This document shows, piece after piece, positions 55,005 to 63,204 of a stretch of 64,000 nt of DNA. The first letter of the stretch is position 1. The number at the start of each line of letters is the position of its first letter. The notes under the pieces were generated by a model, which worked only from the letters and a program-made list of their open reading frames with translations, made no database searches and had not been told where the DNA came from. The stretch is from NCBI GenBank assembly GCA_037190965.1, contig JBBCKI010000034.1, positions 32,001-96,000 on the forward strand, read 5' to 3'. The stretch comes from Chthoniobacteraceae bacterium (GTDB lineage Bacteria > Verrucomicrobiota > Verrucomicrobiia > Chthoniobacterales > Chthoniobacteraceae). The translations under genes and the position numbers were made by a program.

Positions 55005-56777
55005 ATGTCGCGATTTTCTCCTTTTTTTCCACGGCTCCGTAGCGGACTGGCTCTTCTGCTTCTGGCGACGGGAAGCTTCCAGGCCAAGGGCGATCTTGTC
55101 GGGAAGGATTCCCTGATCGTTGGTCCGGTCGGGGACTTTTGGTACTTCAATGAGCAAGTCGGGACAGAGCTTTTTTATAGCCTGGGGTATCGTGGGCAAT
55201 CGACCGTCATCGCGAACGTGGAAGCGGGGCATGTCTGGAGCGGTCATGAAGTGTTCGACCGTACCGGCCTCAATGCTTTTCTGGAGTCCCAACTGGGATT
55301 TACTGTGAGCCCTGGGATCACGCATTATGTGAGTTCTGCGACGGCGAATACCTCTGCCCCCGAGCCGTGGCAGGTGGATTTCCATGCCACCGCTGTCGGG
55401 CATGTCCTTGCCGGAACGGGTTACAACGGCGACGGAGCGCTCACTTATCATGGGATGGGAATGGCACCTTTTGCGGAGCTGTGGTCGGGCTCCATCGCCA
55501 CCGAGTTTGATCACGTAAATATCGGCCAGTTCTCCACCTCCTATGAATCCTTCCTGAAACCGTACAAGACCTTCTTCAATGGAGATCTTGGCCGCAAAGC
55601 CGATGTCATCAACAGTAGCTACGGGTATGAAGACTCTGCGGCCACGGAGCCTGAGACCATGGCGATCGACGGCTTGGCGCGGCAGAATTCCACGGTTGCC
55701 ATGGTTTTCGCAGCAGGCAATGAGGGGCCGGGGGCGAATACGGTTGGGGCGGGTGGCACGGCATATAACGTCATCACGGTAGGGGCTCTCGGCGGCGAGG
55801 GTTATCGCTCGCCTTCGAGTTTCACCTCTGAGGGGCCTTCGGATTTTTACAACCCCGAAACCAATGAAACCATCACGGGCGTCCGCGCAACGGTTCATAT
55901 TGCGGCTCCAGGGGAGGGATTTTTTCTCGCATACTACGGAGGCACCGGCGGCAGCGCGATAGGGGATTACCCCGGTGAGACTGATCGCTACCTCGTTGAG
56001 GCCGCGGGTACGAGTTTTGCCGCCCCCGTCGTGGCAGGTGGCATCGCGCTTCTCAAGGATGTCGCGTATAATCCCTTGAATGGCCTTGGAGATGAAGCTT
56101 TCGATAGCCGCGTCATCCGCTCCGTATTGATGGCGGGGGCAGTCGCGACTGTCGGGTGGAACAACGGCCAGACAACTCAGGATGGGGTGATCCGGACCTC
56201 CCAGGCGCTCGATTACAAAACCGGCTCAGGCGCGCTCGATCTGACACGCGCCGCCATGGTTTACGCACTGGGAACCTCCGATGTCGAAGGGCTCGGCGGC
56301 GGAAGCGTCGATTTTATGGGTTGGGATTTCGGCTCCGTGAGCCTCGGCGGGCACAACGATTATCTTTTCAATCAGTCCTTCGATACCTTCGATCAACCTA
56401 TAGAGCTGACGATCTCGTTGAACTGGTTTGTGAATCGTTCGTTCGACAACGATACCGATATCGCCAGCGAAGGGAGCTTTGCCAACCTGAACCTGGAGAT
56501 CTGGTCCGTCACGGAGGGTGTCTTTACAAATCTCGTCGCGATTTCCGAGAGTCTTTACAACAATTCCGAGTTCCTGAGATTTACCCTCGACGCCGGAGAA
56601 GAATACGGCTTCCGCGTGACTTTCGATGGGGTGGTCTATGATATTCAGAACGATCTCTTGAGTGAACAGTATAGCGTCGCCTGGATGGCCATTCCCGAAC
56701 CCTCCACCTGGGCGCTGCTGGCGCCGGTGGTGATGATTGGCTTTGTCGTTCGCCGCCGCAGGGTCGTAAGGAGTTAG
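55005..56777 (+). CDS. S8 (subtilase) family peptidase with PEP-CTERM anchor
   Basis: VIANVEAG, FHAT.V...LAG, VINSSYG, FAAGNEG, YNVITVGA, IAAPG and GTSFAAP; C-terminal IPEPSTW, TM segment and RRRR. Confidence 0.92.
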   Translation: MSRFSPFFPRLRSGLALLLLATGSFQAKGDLVGKDSLIVGPVGDFWYFNEQVGTELFYSLGYRGQSTVIANVEAGHVWSGHEVFDRTGLNAFLESQLGFTVSPGITHYVSSATANTSAPEPWQVDFHATAVGHVLAGTGYNGDGALTYHGMGMAPFAELWSGSIATEFDHVNIGQFSTSYESFLKPYKTFFNGDLGRKADVINSSYGYEDSAATEPETMAIDGLARQNSTVAMVFAAGNEGPGANTVGAGGTAYNVITVGALGGEGYRSPSSFTSEGPSDFYNPETNETITGVRATVHIAAPGEGFFLAYYGGTGGSAIGDYPGETDRYLVEAAGTSFAAPVVAGGIALLKDVAYNPLNGLGDEAFDSRVIRSVLMAGAVATVGWNNGQTTQDGVIRTSQALDYKTGSGALDLTRAAMVYALGTSDVEGLGGGSVDFMGWDFGSVSLGGHNDYLFNQSFDTFDQPIELTISLNWFVNRSFDNDTDIASEGSFANLNLEIWSVTEGVFTNLVAISESLYNNSEFLRFTLDAGEEYGFRVTFDGVVYDIQNDLLSEQYSVAWMAIPEPSTWALLAPVVMIGFVVRRRRVVRS

Positions 56778-56825
56778 GCAGGAATCCAAGGGTGCCGAGC
56801 AATAGCTCGGGGTGTATGGAAAAAA

Positions 56826-57005
56826 GGTGCGGCAGCACCGGTAGCCCGCTCGCGCCGTCGAGCGCGGGGTTCGGCTCCGTAGCTTCATGAGGGCCGCATC
56901 CCAATACCAGCAGCCACCAGCAGCCCGTCCTGCGGGGATGAACGTCAAACGGCATCCCTGTCATGCCCCGCGCTCGATGGCGCGAGCGGGCTACCCCGTC
57001 CTCCG
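56826..57005 (-). repeat. REPIN-like element, copy 3 (best preserved, inverted relative to copies 1 and 2)
   Basis: Arms 56841-56869 and 56966-56994 are inverted repeats matching at 28/29 bp, each GTAG plus a CGCTCG/CGAGCG hairpin. Confidence 0.85.
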
Positions 57006-57129
57006 CTGACCAATGTCTAGCGTCTAGCGGCGAGGGGGCGTACATCACGTACTCGTTATACAAGCGACGATAATCCGTGTCGCTCTTTCCTTGAATTCCA
57101 CGCATGGGAGATCTTTTTCATTGCCAATC

Positions 57130-57155
57130 AATACGTATTTATAATACGTATTTAT
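57130..57155. promoter_or_regulatory. Tandem 13-bp repeat of a palindrome over a perfect -10 box (candidate operator/promoter)
   Basis: AATACGTATTTAT twice; each copy contains the palindrome AATACGTATT; TATAAT at 57140-57145. Confidence 0.65.
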
Positions 57156-57187
57156 GAAACCGAAGGATTCCCCCAACAAACCTTGCG

Positions 57188-59698
57188 ATGACCCCCTTTA
57201 AGACGACTTTCCGTTCGCTTCTATTCATCTCGGCAATGCCTGTTTTTGCTTTCGCGTCGATTGCGGAAGCGGCAACGCCCGAGGAGTTTACCCTCAGCGT
57301 TTCCTTGGAGAAAGCTGCACGTGTCTCCCTGGGCTCTGTCTTGAAGGCCGACCCGGAAGGGGAGGCGATCGCCCGGCAACTCATGGAGGTTCTCGGGAAA
57401 ATGACCGGCCAGGAATGGGCCTCGGCATCGATCGAGGAAGCTGACGACACGCGGGGAATCGTATTGGCCGTGGCCGCCGACTTTCCCGAACTGGCCGCAG
57501 AAGCTTCGCTTGATTCTGTCAATCCGTTCGGTCGCGAGGACTATTTGATTCGGACTTCGGGAGACCGTCTGTTGGTGCTTGGCGCAACTCCGCTCGGAGT
57601 TCGCCGCGGTGTTGCCGACCTTCTGCATCGGTGGGGTTATCGTCAGTTCTTCCCCGGTAAGGCGTGGGAAATCGTGCCGAAGCTTGCGAGCCTGACATTA
57701 CGGGCGAACGACGTGCAGCGCCCGGCCTACGCGTTCCGTGATATGTTCACAGTCAACTATCTTCCGGGAGAAGAGGCGGCGTATGAGCAGTGGTGCGCGG
57801 TGAACCGGATGGGGAGCGGGTTCCAATTGAATACCCGGCATGCCTATCTTGCCATCTACCGGCGCCATGAGGAAACTTTCGCCAAGAACCTCGATTACTT
57901 TGCGTCTGTCGATGGAGTGCCTCAGGACGCGGCGACCCAGAAGAAATTCAAGTTCAACGCGGCCAGCCCCGGCTTGATCGATCTGATCGTCAAGGATGCC
58001 AGGACGATTCTTTCCAAGGAAAATGCCGAGGATTCCATCAGCATGGACCCGAGCGACTTCGGGGGATGGGACAATAGCGGCGAGGCCTTCAAGAAGATCG
58101 GAAGCCCATCCAATCAAGCCGTCACGATGGCGAATGCAGTGGCCCGCGAGGCGGCGGCTCCTCTCGGTAAATACGTGGGGATGTATGCTTACTACGATCA
58201 CCAGTTCGCGCCCGAGATTCCTGTCGAGCCCAACATTATCGTCAGCTTTGCCACCCGTTTTCTGAAACCGGGGCAGGATCTATTCGAGTTGATCAATGCC
58301 TGGAAAAACAAGGGGGTCAAGCACATCGGCATCCGTGACTATTCATCCTATTGGAACTGGGACCTGGCCATGCCGGGGCGCGCTCTTGGGGGAAATCTCG
58401 ATTACCTCAAGCAATCGTTCGAGCGCTATCACCGGATCGGCGCGCGTTTCTATACCTCTGAATTTCAAAGCGCCTGGGGAGCTTACGGGTTGGGCTTCTA
58501 CGCGACCTCCCGTCTGCTCTGGAACCCTGCGGAGGATGTCACCGCGATGGTGAATGACTTTCTGGAAAAGTCCTTCGGCCCTGCGGCCGCTCCCATGGGG
58601 CGCTTCTACAGTCTGCTCAATGGCGAGGATTCAGTGTTGGCTCGCTTCACCGAGCCCGCGAAGTTCTATGCGCCTTTGTTGGAGGCTCTGGAAGCCGCGA
58701 AGGAAGACGAAGCCGTCACGCGGCGCATTACGGAACTGCTGGCCTACGTTCGCTACGTCGAGCTGTTGGGGAATCTGGAGAAAGCGACACAGGACAAGAA
58801 GCCCGAGGCATTGTTGGCCCTCTACGATTGGTTGTTCCGGTCCTCGCCTTTCCAGATGCTCCCGACCAAGGCGATCGCTCTGCGTAGCAAAAACGCGATG
58901 CACATCATGTATCCGGCGCTTTCGCACCCCAATCCGGCCTCTCTGGTCAAAATGCAGGCCGATGCTGCGACCCGCCCCGTGACGCTTGAGGAATTGACCG
59001 GGCACGCCTCGGAGGCCGTGGCTGCCGTCAAGTCAATCTCCGTGATTCCGCGTCTTGTGTCAGGAACGAAGTCGACGAACAGCCCGTGGATACGGAACGC
59101 GGCCGCGTTTGTATTCCCCCTGGAAGCGGAGAGCACGACGACGGTGACGCTGACGATGCGCCGGTTTGGATTTTCAGGATGGCCACGCTATGCGATCATG
59201 GATCCTTCGGGCGGGGTTGCGACGCGGGGTCGATTGGAGGCCGACAGCTCCACCGTCGAATTCAAAAACTCGGTAGCGGGGAACTATACTCTGGTCATCG
59301 AGCCGACGCCGAACCTGATCAAGTGTCAGTCTGACCGGACCTTCTTCCTGGAGCCTAGTCGCGACGCGGCCGCCTTGGAGATGGTCAACTTCAAGGGCTT
59401 GCTCTATGGCGCTGTCCCCGGAGTGGTGGCCTCCGAAATCGTCGCGGGAGGGCAGGGGGCCAACGAGAAGATCAACGCGGAGATCTATGCTTCCGGCAAG
59501 AAGGTTGCCAGCGGCAAGGATGTCAGCGGTGATGAGCCGCTGGTGCATATGTTTTCAAAGTCGGACAACGCAACGGAGTTCCATGTTCGTATCGGCAAGC
59601 CTTCGACGGGGAGCTACGAGGACCAATTCCTGAAAATTCAAGGAGGGCCTTCATTCCCGGTCTCAATCTCTCCCGAAGCCCGTGTCGTTTTTGAGTAG
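57188..59698 (+). CDS. Secreted DUF4838-like protein (putative glycoside hydrolase)
   Basis: Signal peptide; EDYLIRT...L...G....G..RG..DLL..WG.R.FFPG, P...FR, S..PSD..GW, MYAY, RLLWNP and FGPAA.PM..FY. Confidence 0.75.
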   Translation: MTPFKTTFRSLLFISAMPVFAFASIAEAATPEEFTLSVSLEKAARVSLGSVLKADPEGEAIARQLMEVLGKMTGQEWASASIEEADDTRGIVLAVAADFPELAAEASLDSVNPFGREDYLIRTSGDRLLVLGATPLGVRRGVADLLHRWGYRQFFPGKAWEIVPKLASLTLRANDVQRPAYAFRDMFTVNYLPGEEAAYEQWCAVNRMGSGFQLNTRHAYLAIYRRHEETFAKNLDYFASVDGVPQDAATQKKFKFNAASPGLIDLIVKDARTILSKENAEDSISMDPSDFGGWDNSGEAFKKIGSPSNQAVTMANAVAREAAAPLGKYVGMYAYYDHQFAPEIPVEPNIIVSFATRFLKPGQDLFELINAWKNKGVKHIGIRDYSSYWNWDLAMPGRALGGNLDYLKQSFERYHRIGARFYTSEFQSAWGAYGLGFYATSRLLWNPAEDVTAMVNDFLEKSFGPAAAPMGRFYSLLNGEDSVLARFTEPAKFYAPLLEALEAAKEDEAVTRRITELLAYVRYVELLGNLEKATQDKKPEALLALYDWLFRSSPFQMLPTKAIALRSKNAMHIMYPALSHPNPASLVKMQADAATRPVTLEELTGHASEAVAAVKSISVIPRLVSGTKSTNSPWIRNAAAFVFPLEAESTTTVTLTMRRFGFSGWPRYAIMDPSGGVATRGRLEADSSTVEFKNSVAGNYTLVIEPTPNLIKCQSDRTFFLEPSRDAAALEMVNFKGLLYGAVPGVVASEIVAGGQGANEKINAEIYASGKKVASGKDVSGDEPLVHMFSKSDNATEFHVRIGKPSTGSYEDQFLKIQGGPSFPVSISPEARVVFE

Positions 59699-59727
59699 TT
59701 TTTGAATCGTCGATTTCCCTGCATCCC

Positions 59728-60348
59728 ATGAAGACCGCCAAGATTACCGCATTGATATTTGGCATGGCCGCCGCCGCTCTCGCTTCATTGCAAGCTGGAG
59801 TTAAGGTGAGCGTCCATCAGGCGAAGCCAACGGAAAGAATAGCCTTTAGCTATGAGGCGGAAGGAGAGGTGGGAAGAACCACTTGCTTTTACCGGGGAAC
59901 CGGCGAGTCCCGTCATATCGGCCAGGCCTTTCCGGTGGCTGCCGGCCAGTCTTGTGAGATGACGGCTGTCACCTTCAAGTTGAAGGAGTTTGACTCCGCG
60001 GTGCTGGGGAAAAGGTTCAGCCTGAAAGTCTATCGTCTCGCGGCCGTCAACAAGGTTCCCGATCCTGTGAATGGCCTTGTTTCCACCCAGGATGGTACGT
60101 TGCCCGAATCGATCGACCCCGAGGGGTATATCACCTTCACCCTGGATGAAGCCGTAAAGCTGGATCAGGGCGGCGCGTATCTGGTGCTGTTCGCTTTCGA
60201 GGAGCCGACTTCGACGGATCAACGAGCCAACGTGCTGGGTTTCGAGCGAACGGAAGCGCCTGCCCAATCCGGGCGCATGTGGGCCTATCTCGAAGACAAA
60301 TTTGTGGCTGATGCCAAGTCGATGACCTTCTTCATCCAAACCCCGTAG
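59728..60348 (+). CDS. Secreted beta-sandwich protein, anchor-less paralog of the downstream PEP-CTERM protein
   Basis: Signal peptide; shares IGQ.F, AVTF, GYI.FTLD.A..L..G..Y.V.F with 60379-61101. Confidence 0.8.
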   Translation: MKTAKITALIFGMAAAALASLQAGVKVSVHQAKPTERIAFSYEAEGEVGRTTCFYRGTGESRHIGQAFPVAAGQSCEMTAVTFKLKEFDSAVLGKRFSLKVYRLAAVNKVPDPVNGLVSTQDGTLPESIDPEGYITFTLDEAVKLDQGGAYLVLFAFEEPTSTDQRANVLGFERTEAPAQSGRMWAYLEDKFVADAKSMTFFIQTP

Positions 60349-60378
60349 ACCGATTTTAATTGCAGATCCCACCATCCC

Positions 60379-61101
60379 ATGAACTCCAAAACCCCCATCA
60401 TCCTGTTGGCCGGCTTGCTGGCCTGCTCTCTTCAAGCCTACTCCGCTGTCGTTACGATCAGCGCATCAGCACCGGCGTCGAACGTGATCAAGTCGAATCC
60501 CTTGACGGCGACGACCCCCGCCAACGTCACCTCCTACTGGAGGGCTCCCGGCGCGACCGATAGCCGCAAGGGCATCGGGCAGGGGTTCTCCCTGGTGGGG
60601 GAGACGACTGACTACTCGCTTCAGGCGGTGACATTCAACATCCAGAATTTCAGCCCAGCGGTACAGGGCCTTTCCTTCAACATCAGTATTTACAAGGCTG
60701 CCGCGGTGACCACGGTTCCCGGTGTATCGAATCTCATCGCCAGCGAGGACGGGATAATGGCTTCAGGGCTGACAGCCGATGGCTACATTAAATTCACCCT
60801 GGATAGTGCCATCGTGCTGGAGAAGGGGTATTTCTACAATGTGATGTTCTCCTGGAATGAGAGAACCTCAGATACGACGACGGTACAGAGTATTTCCTTC
60901 AAGACGGCAGGGACTGGCACTCCAATTACCGCAGGCGGGCGCCGATGGATCGATGTTGATGGTACCATCTCGGCGTCAGGAACGAACGGCTTCATTTTTT
61001 ATGCGGAGGGGATTGCAATCCCGGAGCCGGGCACGGGCCTGCTTTTGCTGACTGCGGCGGGTATTAGTCTTGTCGCGCTGCGGAAACGTCTTCACCGTTG
61101 A
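60379..61101 (+). CDS. PEP-CTERM sorting domain protein
   Basis: Signal peptide; C-terminal IPEPGT, TM segment and RKRLHR. Confidence 0.9.
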   Translation: MNSKTPIILLAGLLACSLQAYSAVVTISASAPASNVIKSNPLTATTPANVTSYWRAPGATDSRKGIGQGFSLVGETTDYSLQAVTFNIQNFSPAVQGLSFNISIYKAAAVTTVPGVSNLIASEDGIMASGLTADGYIKFTLDSAIVLEKGYFYNVMFSWNERTSDTTTVQSISFKTAGTGTPITAGGRRWIDVDGTISASGTNGFIFYAEGIAIPEPGTGLLLLTAAGISLVALRKRLHR

Positions 61102-61105
61102 GCGC

Positions 61106-62422
61106 ATGAGAAGGAAACCCTCCAATAGCCGCAAGATCCGCTTTAGCCCCACGCAGAAGGACATCGCCGACGCCCTGGGAGTTTCCCAGTCGACGGTCGC
61201 GATGGCACTCAGCGCGCAGCATGAACGGAAGTTGATGGCGGAGACGGTGGAGCGTATTCGGAAGTACGCCGCCGAGGTAGGGTATCATCCGCAACGCTTT
61301 GCGCAGATCATGCAGGGCGGCCATACCAGGATCATCGGGGTCATCGTGCGCCTGGGCATTTACGCCAGCAATCACAAGATGGTGGCGATGCTGGCCAACG
61401 AACTGACCCGCGCCGGTTATCGCCTCGTGGTGGTGGATCCCGAGTGGTTTGGAAGCGACGCGGAACTGGTGCGGCGCTATCTGCTCGATCAGGGGGTCGA
61501 AGGGGTTGTCTTCTGCAACGTGACCTTGATTGAAGAAGTCGAGGCGATTCGGGCAATGCTCCCCGATTGTATGCCATACTACTCCCTGCAAAGCTCCGTG
61601 ACATGCGGGCCGAACTTGCGGGCCGATCTGGAGGGGGCGTACTATCACATGACCCGGCTGCACCTCGCCCTGGGATCGCAGCATCTGGGCCTTCTCACGA
61701 TGTATCGTGATGTCGGGAATATCCGCCGCCCCGCCTGGACGGTGCTCGATCGCGTGAGGGGATTTGCCAGGGCCATCCTGGAAGCAGGGGGGGCGGTCGT
61801 GGCCGACGACAAGGCCCGGGAGTTGCTGGAGATTCCCGGATGCGGAAGCCTTCCCAAGCGGCTTCCCAAAGGAATCGTGGGGGTGATCCATTATCCCGAG
61901 AAAGCGCCGGAGGTGCATCATGCCTTCGGGAACGGCTTCCATCAGACCCTGCGAATGATCGATGCCGCCGCGCTGCCCGATTCGCTCATTTGCGCCAATG
62001 ACGATGGCGCGCTCGGTGCGATCGCAGCTTGCGCGGACCGGAACGTGGAGGTTTCCCAGGATGTGCGGATCTCCGGGCACGACGACACGGTGGCGGGGCA
62101 GTTCGGCATGGTGCCTTTGACGACCGTCAGGCCTCCCCTTGAGGAACTGGTGAGGAAGACTGCCGAAGGCTTGCTCGATCAGATCAGGAATCCCGAGAAA
62201 GCTCGCGAGGATTCTCTCACTCAGCTCCCCTGCAAGATCGTAGTCTCCTCTTCGTGCGGCACTCGCGAAGAACTGCAACAGCTTGCCGGAAGTAATTTTT
62301 TCCGGAGCGGTGGAGGCCATGAATTTGAATGGAAGCTCGACGACAACGGAATTCACCGCTTCGACCCATATCAAAAGATCGAAGACCATGGCAGGAAGCC
62401 AAAGATAAAACCCAACCCATAG
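61106..62422 (+). CDS. LacI-family transcriptional regulator
   Basis: PTQKDIADALGVSQSTVAMAL HTH; PDSLICANDDGA, DVRISGHDD and PLTTV; start re-called at ATG 61106. Confidence 0.9.
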   Translation: MRRKPSNSRKIRFSPTQKDIADALGVSQSTVAMALSAQHERKLMAETVERIRKYAAEVGYHPQRFAQIMQGGHTRIIGVIVRLGIYASNHKMVAMLANELTRAGYRLVVVDPEWFGSDAELVRRYLLDQGVEGVVFCNVTLIEEVEAIRAMLPDCMPYYSLQSSVTCGPNLRADLEGAYYHMTRLHLALGSQHLGLLTMYRDVGNIRRPAWTVLDRVRGFARAILEAGGAVVADDKARELLEIPGCGSLPKRLPKGIVGVIHYPEKAPEVHHAFGNGFHQTLRMIDAAALPDSLICANDDGALGAIAACADRNVEVSQDVRISGHDDTVAGQFGMVPLTTVRPPLEELVRKTAEGLLDQIRNPEKAREDSLTQLPCKIVVSSSCGTREELQQLAGSNFFRSGGGHEFEWKLDDNGIHRFDPYQKIEDHGRKPKIKPNP

Positions 62423-62433
62423 ACTAGTCTTTT

Positions 62434-63204
62434 ATGCCCCCCAGCACCCCTTTTAATTGGCTATCCCAAGGATCGTGCAAACATTGGAGACGGACGCGTG
62501 CTTTTACCTTGGTGGAAATTCTGGTGGTGATCTCGATTCTGGGGGTGCTTGTAATGCTGGCGTTTCCATCGTTCAAGGGAAGTATTCAGGCGAGTCAGAA
62601 TGCGAAATGCGCCGCCAATCTGAAGTCTATTGGGGCGGGGCTTTTTGCCTATATTTCCGATCACAATGGCGACCTGCCTCCGTGTGCGGCTCTACCCAAT
62701 AGCGGGTATAAAGTCAGTTATCGGAAGGGAACTTTTTGGTTCGACGCTCTTAACCCTTACATGGGGTATCCCCAATACGCGCCAGAGCGCAACGAACAGT
62801 TTCCCGCTGCAACCGAAGTGGGGACTGAATTTCCGTTTGCGTGGCAGCTTTGCCCTGCCAAACGGAGCGAACCCCTTCAGCGTCAAGCGGTGGGTTACGG
62901 GTGGAATCTTTCCAATTTTGGCCATGACATGACGCGCGCCGCCACCACCGGCTTTGGGGCGAGGATTTCCGAGGTTACCGAACCCGCCAGGACCATCATC
63001 ATCGGCGACTCGCGGGATGAGGGGAATTCGGAGAATCCGCATGAGCATCGCTACCTCTATGACTATGACAAAGAGAAGAGCGTGCCTTATCCCGAGCGGC
63101 ACACCGGAAGGGGTAACTATCTCTTCCTCGACGGGCACATTCAGAGCTTTACACCAGTGGAGATGAAATCCACCGAGGTGCGGGCGCTCTTCAAGAAAAA
63201 GTAA
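62434..63204 (+). CDS. Prepilin-type N-terminal cleavage/methylation protein with H-X9-DG C-terminal motif
   Basis: RA|FTLVEILVVISILGVL, C.ANLK.IG, CP, YG.N and RHTGRGNYLFLDGH. Confidence 0.92.
   Translation: MPPSTPFNWLSQGSCKHWRRTRAFTLVEILVVISILGVLVMLAFPSFKGSIQASQNAKCAANLKSIGAGLFAYISDHNGDLPPCAALPNSGYKVSYRKGTFWFDALNPYMGYPQYAPERNEQFPAATEVGTEFPFAWQLCPAKRSEPLQRQAVGYGWNLSNFGHDMTRAATTGFGARISEVTEPARTIIIGDSRDEGNSENPHEHRYLYDYDKEKSVPYPERHTGRGNYLFLDGHIQSFTPVEMKSTEVRALFKKK

Noticed and set aside
54738..55898. 386-aa minus-strand ORF as a possible transposase for the repeats
   Set aside because: Antisense to the S8 peptidase, with no HUH or DDE motifs
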